From contig JAZSKX010000013.1 of NCBI GenBank assembly GCA_045535075.1, forward strand, positions 70,284 through 134,283: 64,000 bases of DNA, read 5' to 3'. The translations under genes and the position numbers were made by a program. The notes below the pieces were generated by a model. The model worked only from the letters and a program-made list of their open reading frames with translations, did no database searches and was not told the DNA's origin. This document shows, in pieces, positions 10,286 through 22,557 of this stretch. The first letter of the stretch is position 1, and each line of letters begins with the position of its first letter. The stretch comes from Candidatus Spyradenecus sp. Its GTDB lineage: Bacteria; Verrucomicrobiota; Verrucomicrobiia; Opitutales; UBA953.

Positions 10286-11512
10286 CTATTTGCGGGCGGC
10301 GACGGGTTCCGGCTGTCCGATTTCGCGGAGCAGATTTTTGAACCACGGGAACGCCATGTTGAACGGCTTTCCGCCTTTGATACGTTCGAATTCGATCGGA
10401 CGAAGGCGGTCCTGATGGGCTTCGTCGTGTCCGATAACGCCGCTTTCGCCGCGCATCGCCGCATCAACCGCGAGGTCAACACAACCCTTGATAAGTGTGA
10501 GGTCTTCCGCGTTGGCGGGAGCGGAACGCGCAAAGTAACCGGATTTTTGAACGAGCACTTTTTCGGCACCGATCATTTCGGCAAATTGTTTGCCGAACCA
10601 TTTACCCGGATTAATTGCGTCGAGTTTGACGTGCCCGAATGCGTCGCGCGGAATTTCCTCACCCTTGGCTTCCATTTCCTTGATGATAGCTTCAACGCCT
10701 GCGCCTTCGGAGATGAAGATGTTCACGCAGTCATAAAGATCCATCACCGCGTGGAGACGCTTGGCTTCTTTCGCAAGGTCAATTTCCATTTCCGGCAGGT
10801 AAATTCCGTGGACGTCATAGCGTTTCGGGTGAACACCGCCGATTTCGGGAACGAATTCGTTGGAATAAAGTTCTTTGCGGTATTTGAGCGCCGTTGCCGC
10901 CGTAAGCCAGCCGCAATTGCGTCCCATGACTTCATGTACGATGAGCATGCGCGGATTTGCGGAATTTTCGGCAACAACATTGCGGAAATAGGTTGCGCCC
11001 TGTTCTGCCGCTGTCCACGCGCCGAGCGATTGTTTAATCGGATAGACGTCGTTGTCGATTGTTTTCGGCAAGCCGATAACCGTCAAATCGTAATTGTTGG
11101 TTTTGAGGAACGCCGCAAGATCTGCCGCCGCCGTATTCGTGTCGTCGCCGCCGATGGTGTGGAGCACCTGAACGCCGTCTTTAACGAGCTGATCCGCTGC
11201 AACTTTCTGCGGGTCTTCGCCTTCTTTAACAAGTCCGCGCTTAACGCAGTCTTTCACGTTCGTCAGCTTTACGCGAGAATTCCCGATCGGGCTACCGCCG
11301 TAGAGCAAAAGCGTGAATGCTTTTTCGCGGATTTCCGGAGAAACACGGACGCTGTCGCCGAGGAGCAAGCCTTTGTAGCCGCCGCGATAGCAGATGATTT
11401 CGATTTCCGGATCAATTTCCGTATAGCGCATGATCAAACCGCCGACCGCAGCCGAAAGGCACGGAGCGAGACCGCCCGCCGTGAGAATACCAACTTTTTT
11501 GATTTTTTTCAT
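10286..11512 (-). CDS. pfp: Pyrophosphate-dependent phosphofructokinase
   Basis: TAGGLAPCL, IGGDDT (Asp typical of PPi-PFK), PKTIDND, EVMGRNCGWL. Confidence 0.92.
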   Translation of the reverse strand: MKKIKKVGILTAGGLAPCLSAAVGGLIMRYTEIDPEIEIICYRGGYKGLLLGDSVRVSPEIREKAFTLLLYGGSPIGNSRVKLTNVKDCVKRGLVKEGEDPQKVAADQLVKDGVQVLHTIGGDDTNTAAADLAAFLKTNNYDLTVIGLPKTIDNDVYPIKQSLGAWTAAEQGATYFRNVVAENSANPRMLIVHEVMGRNCGWLTAATALKYRKELYSNEFVPEIGGVHPKRYDVHGIYLPEMEIDLAKEAKRLHAVMDLYDCVNIFISEGAGVEAIIKEMEAKGEEIPRDAFGHVKLDAINPGKWFGKQFAEMIGAEKVLVQKSGYFARSAPANAEDLTLIKGCVDLAVDAAMRGESGVIGHDEAHQDRLRPIEFERIKGGKPFNMAFPWFKNLLREIGQPEPVAARK

Positions 11513-11624
11513 AAGATGAACTGTGTGTTAAAAATGCTGAGAATCGTTTGTCTATATTGAATTTTAAAGCGCTGAAAGTCAAAAGCTTAAACGCGTTCCC
11601 GCGCCGCTCTCGTGATTTTCTAGG

Positions 11625-11666
11625 AAAACAAAAAGCGTTCCCGTAAAAAATTCACGGGAACGCTCT
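11625..11666 (-). terminator. Intrinsic terminator of eno; stem is an inverted motif pair
   Basis: AGCGTTCCCGT...ACGGGAACGCT, preceded by an A-tract on the + strand. Confidence 0.8.
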
Positions 11667-11702
11667 TCGTGAAGCTCTAAGCTTTAAAGCTAATCTTTCC
11701 GA

Positions 11703-13055
<1,353 letters not shown>

Positions 13056-13195
13056 CTAAATTGGACTACAGATTAGCTTTCAAGCCCGAAGAAATCAAGC
13101 GGGAACGGATTCTAACAGACATCTGATAATTGATAACGAAGCGTGTAAAGGAAAGTTGTTTACAAACGCAGTCTGCGGCGATTGTTGTTTTTTAA

Positions 13196-14086
13196 TTATT
13201 TTTTCGGATCGAAGGCGTCCCGAAGCGCGTCTCCGAAAAGATTAAGCGCAAAGAGCGTTCCCGCAAAGAAAAGCCCCGGGAAAAGCAAAAGCCACGGATA
13301 ATCCGCCATTGCGTCGGCGCCTTCTTTAATCATAAGCCCCCACGAAGTCATCGGCGGTTTAACGCCCAAGCCGAGAAAGCTGATAAATGCTTCAAGCAGC
13401 ATGACTCCGGGAACGGTCAGCGTTGCATACACGATTACGGTTCCGAGAGTATTCGGAAAAAGATGGCGCCACATGATTTTTGTCGTTGATTGCCCCATAC
13501 AAATTGCAGCTTCGACAAACGCCTGCGAGCGCAGCTCCCTTACCTGATTCCGCACAATGCGTGCCATGGTGAGCCAGGAAATTGCGCCGATGGCGATGTA
13601 AATCAGCCACATTTCCTGTCCGAAAACAACCGTCAACAAAATCACGAAAAGCGTAAACGGTAATGCATAGAGAATATCCACGATTCGCATCAGAATCGAA
13701 TCGCGCATCCCGCCGACGTATCCGGCAATCATCCCGTAAACGACGCCGATAACGCAAGAAACCACGGTTGCAATCAAACCGACCTGCAAGGAAACGCTCC
13801 CGCCGTAGAGCAACCGCGAAAGCACGTCTCGCCCGAGAGTGTCGGTCCCGAGCCAGTGTTCCCGTGACGGGCCGGCAGGGCCGAGTGCCAAATCCTGCGC
13901 TTCGAACGGGAACGGCGCAATCCAAGGCGCACAGAGGCAGGCGCACAACATCACGAGCACAAAAATCCCGGCAACGACACCGGGGCGATTGGCAAAAAAA
14001 CGTTCGCGGGAACGCTTCCACGGCGAAACCGGGATTTCGGAAAGAGATTCGACCTGCTCGCCGCTTGTTTGTTTTGAGAATTTCAC
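13196..14086 (-). CDS. oppC: Oligopeptide/dipeptide ABC transporter permease, OppC/DppC-like
   Basis: HWLGTDTLGRD, EAA loop (FVEAAICMG), FLGLG, WGLMI, GDALRDAFDPK. Confidence 0.88.
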   Translation of the reverse strand: MKFSKQTSGEQVESLSEIPVSPWKRSRERFFANRPGVVAGIFVLVMLCACLCAPWIAPFPFEAQDLALGPAGPSREHWLGTDTLGRDVLSRLLYGGSVSLQVGLIATVVSCVIGVVYGMIAGYVGGMRDSILMRIVDILYALPFTLFVILLTVVFGQEMWLIYIAIGAISWLTMARIVRNQVRELRSQAFVEAAICMGQSTTKIMWRHLFPNTLGTVIVYATLTVPGVMLLEAFISFLGLGVKPPMTSWGLMIKEGADAMADYPWLLLFPGLFFAGTLFALNLFGDALRDAFDPKK

Positions 14087-14205
14087 GGACGCTCATTAAA
14101 AAACGTCCTGCACGAAAATAGCAACCGCGAACACGCATCCTCGCCGGCAAACTCGCTCTTGCGGGAACGGCAGCGGAAAGCTACGATGAAGCTTCTGTTT
14201 TACCC

Positions 14206-17200
14206 ATGAGCTCTGACCTGAATTTTAATCTTGCCGCAAATGCGAAAAACTACAGCGACGTTCCGCCTTCTGAGCCGGAAACCGTCAACGAAAGTAGCGT
14301 TCCCGCAGAAGAAATTCCGGACTTTGTTCATCTGCACGTCCACTCCCAGTATTCCATGCTCGACGGAGCAACGCGCATCGCCAGTAGCGTTGACAAAAAA
14401 AGCAAAACCCTGCTTGCAAAAGGACTCGTTCAGAAAGCGAAAGAATGCGGCATGCGTGCAGTCGCGTTGACCGACCACGGGAACATGTTCGGCACAAAGC
14501 TTTTTTATGACACCTGCCGCGCCGAAAAAATCAAACCCATCATCGGTTGCGAAGTTTACGTCGCCCGACGCACGCGTTTCGACAAAGGGAAAAACGTTCC
14601 CGCAGATGCCGATCCGAAAATCGACCGCTCCGGCGACCACCTGATTTTGCTCGCGAAAAATCTCACCGGGTACAAAAACCTCGTTAAAATCGTTTCCGCC
14701 GGCTGGATTGACGGGTTTTATCACCGTCCGCGTATCGACAAAGAAATTCTTGAGAAATTTAGCGAAGGACTCATCGTTTCGAGCGCTTGCATCGCAGGAG
14801 AAATTCCGAAGGCGATTTTAAAAAACGATTGGGGGAAAGCCGAAGCCGCCGCAAAATGGTATAAAAACATTTTCGGTGAAGATTTTTACCTCGAAATTCA
14901 GCGTCATCCGAACAACGGCGAACACAGCACGGAGGAAACGCGCGACGTTTACCTGCGGGAAGTCCGCGCCGCACAAGGACTTTTCGAACTCGCAAAAAAA
15001 CTGAAAATCAAGGTTATCGCGACAAATGACGTTCACTTCCTCGATGAAGCCGATGCAGACTCGCATGAAATTTTACTTTGCTTAAGTACGGGAAAAAAGC
15101 TTTCCGACGAAAACCGGATGCGCTACACGCGCCAGGAATGGTTTAAAAGCAAAGAAGAAATGTACCGGTTGTTCAAAGACTGCCCGGAAGTCTTGAGTAA
15201 TACGACGGAAATTGCGGACAAGGTCGAAGAATACGACTTAAACTCGCCGCCGATTATGCCGTTCTTTCCCATTCCTGCAGAGTTCGGCTCGGAGGAAGAA
15301 TACGCAAAACGCTTCAGTGAAGCCGACCTGATCGCACTTTGGGGCGAAGACCGCTTCAAAAAACTCGGCGGCTACGAGAAAGTCCTTCGCATCAAGTTCG
15401 AATGCGATTATTTGGAGCATCTCACGCTTGAAGGTGCCGCAAAGCGATGGCCGGACGGCATTCCGGAGGACGTGCGGGAACGCATTGATTTTGAACTGAA
15501 CACGATTCGGACGATGGGCTTCCCGGGGTACTTTCTCATCGTTCAAGACTTTATCGCCGCCGCAAGAAAACTCGGAGTCATCGTCGGCCCCGGGCGCGGG
15601 AGCGCCGCCGGATGCGTTGTCGCGTACTGCCTGGGAATCACAGGAATCGACCCGACAAAATACGACTTGCTTTTTGAACGCTTCCTCAATCCGGATCGCA
15701 TTTCGATGCCCGATATCGATATCGACTTCGACGACGCGGGGCGGCAAAGCGTACTCGAATGGGTCACAAAAAAATACGGCGCGGATCACGTTTCGCACAT
15801 CGTTACGTTTGGTGTCATGGCTCCCAAAAGTGCAATCAAAGACGTTGCCCGCGTCATCGAATTGCCCTTGGCGGAATCAAACAATCTGGCAAAGCTCGTT
15901 CCCGCGACGCCCAAAATTACGATGTTTAAGGCGATGCAGGAAGTTCCCGAATTAAAGGAAAAACTTTCTTCGACAGATCCCGTCGTCGCGCGAACCATGC
16001 AACTCGCCGAAAAACTCGACGGCACCGTGCGCCAAAGCGGGGTCCATGCATGCGGCATTCTCATTAGCCGCGATCCGCTCACGGAAACGATTCCCGTTAT
16101 GCCGACTGCAGGAGAAAGCCTGCTCACAACGCAATATGACGGACATTTTGTCGAGCCGATCGGTTTGATTAAAATGGACTTCCTCGGCTTGCGCACGCTG
16201 ACGATCATCAAATCTGCGCTTGCCAATATCCGCGAATCTTCGGGCAAAGAAATCGACATCGATAAAATTCCGATGGACGATACCAAGACCTTCGAGCTTT
16301 TTTCCGCGGGAAGAACAACGGCGCTGTTCCAGTTTGAATCAGCCGGCATGAAAAAGCACCTCATGGCGCTAAAGCCGAATCGCTTTGAAGACCTCGTAGC
16401 GATGAACGCGCTCTACCGCCCCGGACCCATGGCATACATTCCGCAATTCATCAAACGCAAACACGGAGAAGAGCCGATTGTTTACGATCATCCTCTGATG
16501 GAATCGTATTTAAAAGATACTTACGGAATTACGGTTTATCAGGAACAGGTTATGCTTCAATCCCGTGCGCTCGGGCAATTTACGCGCGGGGAATCCGACA
16601 CGCTTCGCAAAGCCATGGGGAAAAAGATGGCGGATGTCATGGCAAAGCTCAAAGAAAAGTTCATCAACGGCTGCCTCACGAACCCGAAATTCATGGAAGC
16701 CGATGTTTGCGGGAACGACGAAAAAAAAGCAACGGCGCTTTGCAACAAAATCTGGGGCGACTGGGAAGCATTCGCGCAATACGCGTTTAACAAATCGCAC
16801 TCGGTTTGCTACGCCTACATTGCCTATCAAACCAGCTGGCTCAAAGCGCATTATCCCGTGGAATTCATGGCATCGGTTCTCGATTCCGAAACCGGAAATC
16901 CGGAAAAAATGCTTTTCTTCATCGCAGAATGCGAAAGCATGGGGATTCGCGTACTCGGCCCCGACATCAATTCTTCAAATATCGGATTCGCTCCCGACCC
17001 GAAAAATAACGCCATCCGATTCGGCTTCGGCGGGCTGAAGGGTCTCGGGGAAAAAGTCGCGGAAGAAATCATTCGGGAACGCAAAACAAACGGACGCTAC
17101 AAAAGCTTTGTGGATTTTATGCAACGCATGGCACGCGTTCGCGTTGTTTCCGTAGACGAAAATAACGTCCGACGGGAACAAAAACTCGTCCTCGGTCGCG

Positions 17201-18210
17201 GTCTGCAGGCACTTATCGTCACGGGAGCGTTTGACGGTTGCGACATTTTTGAGGATCGCCGCCATCTGCTCGATTCCGCAGACGCAGTCCGCAATTCCTT
17301 TTCCAAAGAGGAAGAGGATTCAAGTCAACTTGGGCTTTTTGACATGCTCGGCGACAACGTCGGAGACGAACTCAATCGGGATCTCATTACGCGCACGGGA
17401 ACGCCGATGTCCGAAGCCGAAAAACTCCGCCACGAACGCGAGTTGCTCGGGCTCTATATTTCCGGGCATCCGCTCAACGCGTTTGTTAAACTCGATCGCG
17501 CGCTCACAACATTCAAAGGAGCATTTGAGGATTGTAAGCTTTCCCGCTACGAGAAACACAACGTCCGCCTCTGCGGAATGTGTTCCGAAATCAAAGTTAA
17601 GTCCACTAAAGACGGACGAAAATTCATGACATTAATGCTCGAAACGCATTCCGATGCGTACGATATTTTCTGTTTCAGCGATGTCGTCAATCTCAAGATT
17701 CTAAACGCGGGAACGAAACTGCCGGACGGCACAATCGTCAAAAGCGGCGCAATGCTTGAAAACGGAACCGTTCTCGAAGACGGCTCCATCATTGCCGTCG
17801 ACGGAGAACTACGCTTTGCCAAACGCAAAAAAGACGACGTGGAAATCTCCGAATGGCGTTTTAATGCTACGCGTATTTCTTCGCTCAAAGAACAACTTCC
17901 CGTTCTCCTGAAAAAAATTACATTCATTCTCGACGGGAACGCTCCGGAGGAAATGCACCGCTTCCTTAAGGAAAAACTCGTCCCGCATATTTCCTCAAAC
18001 AGCGGCGGAACCGCCATCGCACTTGCCGTTGCCGTCGACGGCGACATTAACAATTTGCTTGAAGCAGATCTCGGCGAGGCGATGACGGCATTTTTCCCGG
18101 CTCCGGCGTTTCGCGAGCTGGCGGAAGATCCCGCCGTCGTCGGATACGAAATTGTTCCCGTCGAGCCCTACAAGCGTCCTTCGCGTTTTCCTTCCCGCAG
18201 TTACAACTAG
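14206..18210 (+). CDS. dnaE: DNA polymerase III alpha subunit
   Basis: PHP motifs HLHVHSQYS and TDHG; GRGSAAG, PDIDIDF, KMDFLGL, FNKSHS; C-terminal OB region (SGHPL). Confidence 0.97.
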   Translation: MSSDLNFNLAANAKNYSDVPPSEPETVNESSVPAEEIPDFVHLHVHSQYSMLDGATRIASSVDKKSKTLLAKGLVQKAKECGMRAVALTDHGNMFGTKLFYDTCRAEKIKPIIGCEVYVARRTRFDKGKNVPADADPKIDRSGDHLILLAKNLTGYKNLVKIVSAGWIDGFYHRPRIDKEILEKFSEGLIVSSACIAGEIPKAILKNDWGKAEAAAKWYKNIFGEDFYLEIQRHPNNGEHSTEETRDVYLREVRAAQGLFELAKKLKIKVIATNDVHFLDEADADSHEILLCLSTGKKLSDENRMRYTRQEWFKSKEEMYRLFKDCPEVLSNTTEIADKVEEYDLNSPPIMPFFPIPAEFGSEEEYAKRFSEADLIALWGEDRFKKLGGYEKVLRIKFECDYLEHLTLEGAAKRWPDGIPEDVRERIDFELNTIRTMGFPGYFLIVQDFIAAARKLGVIVGPGRGSAAGCVVAYCLGITGIDPTKYDLLFERFLNPDRISMPDIDIDFDDAGRQSVLEWVTKKYGADHVSHIVTFGVMAPKSAIKDVARVIELPLAESNNLAKLVPATPKITMFKAMQEVPELKEKLSSTDPVVARTMQLAEKLDGTVRQSGVHACGILISRDPLTETIPVMPTAGESLLTTQYDGHFVEPIGLIKMDFLGLRTLTIIKSALANIRESSGKEIDIDKIPMDDTKTFELFSAGRTTALFQFESAGMKKHLMALKPNRFEDLVAMNALYRPGPMAYIPQFIKRKHGEEPIVYDHPLMESYLKDTYGITVYQEQVMLQSRALGQFTRGESDTLRKAMGKKMADVMAKLKEKFINGCLTNPKFMEADVCGNDEKKATALCNKIWGDWEAFAQYAFNKSHSVCYAYIAYQTSWLKAHYPVEFMASVLDSETGNPEKMLFFIAECESMGIRVLGPDINSSNIGFAPDPKNNAIRFGFGGLKGLGEKVAEEIIRERKTNGRYKSFVDFMQRMARVRVVSVDENNVRREQKLVLGRGLQALIVTGAFDGCDIFEDRRHLLDSADAVRNSFSKEEEDSSQLGLFDMLGDNVGDELNRDLITRTGTPMSEAEKLRHERELLGLYISGHPLNAFVKLDRALTTFKGAFEDCKLSRYEKHNVRLCGMCSEIKVKSTKDGRKFMTLMLETHSDAYDIFCFSDVVNLKILNAGTKLPDGTIVKSGAMLENGTVLEDGSIIAVDGELRFAKRKKDDVEISEWRFNATRISSLKEQLPVLLKKITFILDGNAPEEMHRFLKEKLVPHISSNSGGTAIALAVAVDGDINNLLEADLGEAMTAFFPAPAFRELAEDPAVVGYEIVPVEPYKRPSRFPSRSYN

Positions 18211-18212
18211 CG

Positions 18213-18722
18213 TCAAATGAGCAGGCTTTTCTCTAAACGCAACAACTCTGCTTTACGCGAAGGCCCGCCGGCGTAGCCGCAAAGTTTTCCGTTTTTTCCT
18301 ACAACGCGGTGGCAGGGAATGATGAGCGCAATCGGATTGTGCCCGATGGCGCCGCCGACGGCTCGCGCTGAAGGTTTCGCGTCAGATTCGCCCTGCCCGA
18401 GTGTTCCCGCGAGCGCCCCGTAAGTTTGCGTTTCCCCGTAAGGAATTTCGCGAAGCTTTTCCCAAACGCGCAAACGGAATTCCGTACCGAAAGGCGCGAG
18501 CGGGATTGCCGCCGCCGAAGGATTTTCCCCGAGAAAATAAGCATCCAGCCAACGGAACGTTTCTTTAAAAATCGGCAAATTCTCCCGCAAAATCCAAGGG
18601 CGCTCAGACGCAATTTCCGCAACTTGCCTGCCGCCTTCAAACCATAGCCCGGTAAGCGCATTTTCGCTTGCCGACAAAGTTATTTCTCCCAAAGGCGAAC
18701 GATAGCGGGCGAGATAAATCAT
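18213..18722 (-). CDS. ogt: Methylated-DNA--protein-cysteine methyltransferase
   Basis: GTEFRLRVW, IPYGET, ARAVG, IPCHRV. Confidence 0.93.
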   Translation of the reverse strand: MIYLARYRSPLGEITLSASENALTGLWFEGGRQVAEIASERPWILRENLPIFKETFRWLDAYFLGENPSAAAIPLAPFGTEFRLRVWEKLREIPYGETQTYGALAGTLGQGESDAKPSARAVGGAIGHNPIALIIPCHRVVGKNGKLCGYAGGPSRKAELLRLEKSLLI

Positions 18723-20116
18723 TGCGCTTCAACGACTTTTCGCGCACGCGTTCCCGCAACGTCCGCGGGAACGGCAGAATAGTTTTTAAGAAAAATGAGA
18801 ATAAAGACCACGTTGATTAGCCACGAAAGCGTGTCGGAAATCGGCAAACTGAGCCAAACGCCGCGCGTTCCCCAGAAAAGAGGAAGCACCAGCAAAAGCG
18901 GAATCAACAAAAGCATTTGGCGTGTCATCGACAGGAAAATCGCCAATTTTGCCCGCCCGATCGCCTGAAAGAAATTTCCGATGACGATTTGCATTCCGAT
19001 AACGGGAAGCGCATAGCATGAGACGCGAAGCGCTTCGTCTGCAGCGGCAAGCAAGGCGGCATCTTGCGTAAACATTTTCGAAATAAATTGCGGAAAAAAC
19101 ACGCAAATCGCCCAACCGATCGTCGTAACCACCGTTCCCGCGAGAATTCCGTAGCGCAAAGTCAGGCGCACGCGCTCGGTTTGTCCGGCTCCGTGATTAA
19201 AGCCGGCTATCGGCTGCATGCCTTGGGTAATTCCGTTGACAATCATCGCAATCAGCATGACCACGCGACACAAAATTCCGTAAGCCGCCACGCCTGTATC
19301 GCCGGAATATTTGAGCAATTCATGATTCACGACAATGACGACAAGGCACCCGCAAACATTCATCATGCACGGCGCCAATCCGATGGCGACGATGCTTTTC
19401 GTTACACCGGCGCGCAAACGAAAAATTCCCGAACGAAAATGCAAGGTGTGTTTCGGGTTGAATAAATGCGCAAGCACCCATCCCAGTCCGAAGACTTGCG
19501 CGATCGCCGTCGCTCCCGCGGCGCCGCGCATCTCCCAGCCGAAGCAGTAAATGAAAATCGGCGCAAGCACGACATTTACGATTACCGAGATCAGCAATGA
19601 ATACATTGCTTTTTTCGGATAACCCGAAGCGCGCATAATGTGGTTGAGATTAAAAAAGCAAAACGTAATCGGTAAAGTCAGCAAAATGATTTGCATAAAC
19701 TCGTACGCGGGAACGAACGTCTCCCCGCTTGCGCCGAAAAGCCGCAAAATCGGATCGAGAAAAAAACAGGTTCCCCAGCCGAATCCGATTCCGGAAATAA
19801 GACTTAACCCGAGCACGTTTCCCAAGACGCTGTAAGCCTCGTCCGTTTTTTTCTCTCCGAGGCGAATCGAACAAACCGACGCCCCGCCGATGCCGACCAA
19901 GGTGCCGAGCGCAAAGGTCAAATTCATCACGGGAAATGCAATCGCAAGCGCCGCAAGCGCTGCCGCGCCGATCCATTGCCCGATGAAAATGCTGTCAACA
20001 ATATTATAAAGCGAAAAAACAATCATTCCCGCAATTGCCGGAAGCGAATATTTGACCAGCAACGGCAGAATCGGCGCATTTTCCAGCGCAGCCATTTCGT
20101 TTTCCTTGGGTCCCAT
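18719..20116 (-). CDS. MATE family efflux transporter (MepA-like)
   Basis: About 12 hydrophobic segments; YNIVDSIFIG, GAAGATAIAQ, QGMQPIAGFN. Confidence 0.9.
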   Translation of the reverse strand: MGPKENEMAALENAPILPLLVKYSLPAIAGMIVFSLYNIVDSIFIGQWIGAAALAALAIAFPVMNLTFALGTLVGIGGASVCSIRLGEKKTDEAYSVLGNVLGLSLISGIGFGWGTCFFLDPILRLFGASGETFVPAYEFMQIILLTLPITFCFFNLNHIMRASGYPKKAMYSLLISVIVNVVLAPIFIYCFGWEMRGAAGATAIAQVFGLGWVLAHLFNPKHTLHFRSGIFRLRAGVTKSIVAIGLAPCMMNVCGCLVVIVVNHELLKYSGDTGVAAYGILCRVVMLIAMIVNGITQGMQPIAGFNHGAGQTERVRLTLRYGILAGTVVTTIGWAICVFFPQFISKMFTQDAALLAAADEALRVSCYALPVIGMQIVIGNFFQAIGRAKLAIFLSMTRQMLLLIPLLLVLPLFWGTRGVWLSLPISDTLSWLINVVFILIFLKNYSAVPADVAGTRARKVVEAQ

Positions 20117-20248
20117 GAAGCCGCTACGCTAAATCTTTTTTCTCAAAAATGCAATCGGCGAGAACGCCTGAAACGACGGATAAAAAAACGAAAAAAAACA
20201 AATCGGAGTTCGTCTCAAATTTCTTTTGGTTAAATCCGCTTCTCCCAA

Positions 20249-20283
20249 TAAAAAACGTTCCCGCGCATTGATCGCGGGAACGT
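20249..20283 (-). terminator. Intrinsic terminator of rho; stem is an inverted motif pair
   Basis: AAAAAACGTTCCCGCG...CGCGGGAACGT. Confidence 0.8.
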
Positions 20284-20306
20284 CATTCGTACGGAAAGGC
20301 GAAGTT

Positions 20307-22556
20307 CTAGCGGCTGGCAAGCGTCATTAGAAATTCGGCATTCGTTTTCGTTTTTTTCATGCGGGAAATGAGCATTTCCATCGCATCGACGGACGGCATG
20401 CCTTTCATCGCTCGGCGCATCGAGTAAACGCACTGCATTTCCTGCGGATGATAGAGCAGTTCCTCCTTGCGCGTTCCCGAGCGCTCGAAATTGATTGCCG
20501 GGAAAATGCGTTTGTTCGCCAAGTCGCGATCCAAATCAAGCTCCATATTGCCCGTTCCCTTGAATTCCTCGAAGATGACTTCGTCCATAGTCGAGCCGGT
20601 GCCGACGAGCGCCGTGCCCAAAATCGTAAGCGAACCGCCGTCTTCAATATTGCGCGCCGAGCCGAAAAAGCGTTTCGGTTTGGCGAGCGCTCCCGCTTCA
20701 ATCCCGCCGGAAAGCAACTTCCCGCCGCTCGGCTGAAGCGTGTTGTATGCTCGCGCAAGACGCGTAATCGAGTCCAAAAGAATGATCACGTCCATACCGA
20801 GTTCGACCATGCGCCGCGCGCGTTCGATGACGATTTCGGCGACGTGGGCGTGATTTTCGGCGGATTCGTCGAAGGTCGAGCTGACGATTTCCGCGCCGGG
20901 CGTGTTGCGTTTAAAATCCGTAACTTCTTCAGGGCGTTCGTCCACAAGCAAAACTATGAGCTTTGCCTTCGGTTTGTTTTTCAAAATCGAATTTGCCATC
21001 GTCTGAAGCAAAATGGTTTTCCCGACGCGCGGCGGCGCAACGATGAGTCCGCGTTGTCCCAAGCCAATCGGACAAAGCAAATCGACGCAACGCATGGAAA
21101 GATTATTCGTCGCATCCGGTTCCATTTCGAGCATGATTCGCTCGGTCGGATAATACGGCGTAAGTTCGGTAAACGGCGTCAGGTGTTTAATTTCTTCCGG
21201 CGGCGTTCCCATAATGGAATTGACTGCGACGACAATAGGCGCGGTTTCGCCCGGCATGGGCGGATACACAATCGTGCTCAATTCGTGCCCGCGCTGAAGG
21301 GAATATTTGCGAATAAACGCTGCGGGAACGAAGGCGGAAAGTTCGCGAACGCAATAATTGTCCGCCGTATAAAGCAAGAGTCCGTTCCCGTTGGCGAGCA
21401 ATTCGAGCGTTCCCGCGAGTTCGATCGGGCGGTCTTTCTCAAACGCGGCGGCGAGAATTTTTCGAATCAGCGGACGGCGTTGCGGGTTGCGGAAAACGGG
21501 AATGTCGAATTCGCCGGCAAGCTTAATCAGCTCGTTCATCGACAAATCGTAAATGGCGTTGAAATTCAGCGTTTCGCCCGGCGTGCATGGGACCAATTTT
21601 TCAAGCGGCTTCGGCGGCGTTTCCGAAGTTCCTTCGCCTTCTGCGGAAACTTCCGGAGCCGGCGGCGTCTCCTTAACCAGCTTCACCGTGTGGCGCGCCT
21701 TCGCTTCCAAATCAGCAAGAAACGCTTCTTCCTTGAGTTTGTTGTAATCAAAAGAATTGCCGAGATCGAGCGTTCCGACTTCCGAAGAATCCGCATTTGA
21801 AAGTGCTCCCCAAGCCGGTTTCTGAACATTTGAGCGGTCTTTGAATTTGTCAAACCGTCCTTGCGCGTTGAATTTTCCGGCCTGGAATTTTTCTTTTTTC
21901 GCCTGCGGTTGGAAACGGGCCTTAAAGTCCTTTCCGCCGGATTGTTGCGCGTTCCCGCCGGATTGCGGTCGAAACGCTCCGTTTTGCGGGCGCGATCCGC
22001 GATCCTGCGGATTAAATTTTTGCGTTTGGCGTTTTTCCCAACGATCGCCGCGACCGAAAAATCCGCCGCGTTTCCCCTCGTCGCGCGCTTCTGCGGAAAC
22101 ATCGCCTTCCGATTTTGCAGAGCCCTCCGGAGCGGAAGCTTCGGGAGCATCATTTTTTTCTGCGGGAACGTCGGGCGCCTCGTCATCCGGAGAATAAACG
22201 CTTTCTGTCAATTGAGCAACCGGGCGCTCCGGAGAAAGTTGCGGGCGCGCATCGACAACGGGAAGCGCTTTTTCGGCAGCTTCGGAATTTGTTTTTTCCG
22301 GGGCTTTCGGCTCCGGAGTTTCATGCGCGGGAACGATATCGTCGTCCGGATCAAAAGAGAAAAGCGGTGTCGTTTTTTCGGGAACATCCGTATCGGCTAC
22401 GGGCGTTTCGCTTCGAGCTTTCGGCTTGCGTCCGCGCTTGGCGGGAACTTTTGCCGGAGCATCGCCTTCCGGCAGCGGATTTTTGCGCGGGCGACCGCGT
22501 TTTGCCGGTTTTTTGATTTCTTCAAGCGGCAGAGAGGGAATGGCTTCTTCTTCCAT
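20307..22556 (-). CDS. rho: Transcription termination factor Rho with long low-complexity N-terminal extension
   Basis: [42 protein letters not shown]; about 330 aa P/E/A- and Q/G/K-rich N-terminus. Confidence 0.95.
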   Translation of the reverse strand: MEEEAIPSLPLEEIKKPAKRGRPRKNPLPEGDAPAKVPAKRGRKPKARSETPVADTDVPEKTTPLFSFDPDDDIVPAHETPEPKAPEKTNSEAAEKALPVVDARPQLSPERPVAQLTESVYSPDDEAPDVPAEKNDAPEASAPEGSAKSEGDVSAEARDEGKRGGFFGRGDRWEKRQTQKFNPQDRGSRPQNGAFRPQSGGNAQQSGGKDFKARFQPQAKKEKFQAGKFNAQGRFDKFKDRSNVQKPAWGALSNADSSEVGTLDLGNSFDYNKLKEEAFLADLEAKARHTVKLVKETPPAPEVSAEGEGTSETPPKPLEKLVPCTPGETLNFNAIYDLSMNELIKLAGEFDIPVFRNPQRRPLIRKILAAAFEKDRPIELAGTLELLANGNGLLLYTADNYCVRELSAFVPAAFIRKYSLQRGHELSTIVYPPMPGETAPIVVAVNSIMGTPPEEIKHLTPFTELTPYYPTERIMLEMEPDATNNLSMRCVDLLCPIGLGQRGLIVAPPRVGKTILLQTMANSILKNKPKAKLIVLLVDERPEEVTDFKRNTPGAEIVSSTFDESAENHAHVAEIVIERARRMVELGMDVIILLDSITRLARAYNTLQPSGGKLLSGGIEAGALAKPKRFFGSARNIEDGGSLTILGTALVGTGSTMDEVIFEEFKGTGNMELDLDRDLANKRIFPAINFERSGTRKEELLYHPQEMQCVYSMRRAMKGMPSVDAMEMLISRMKKTKTNAEFLMTLASR

Positions 22557-22557
22557 G

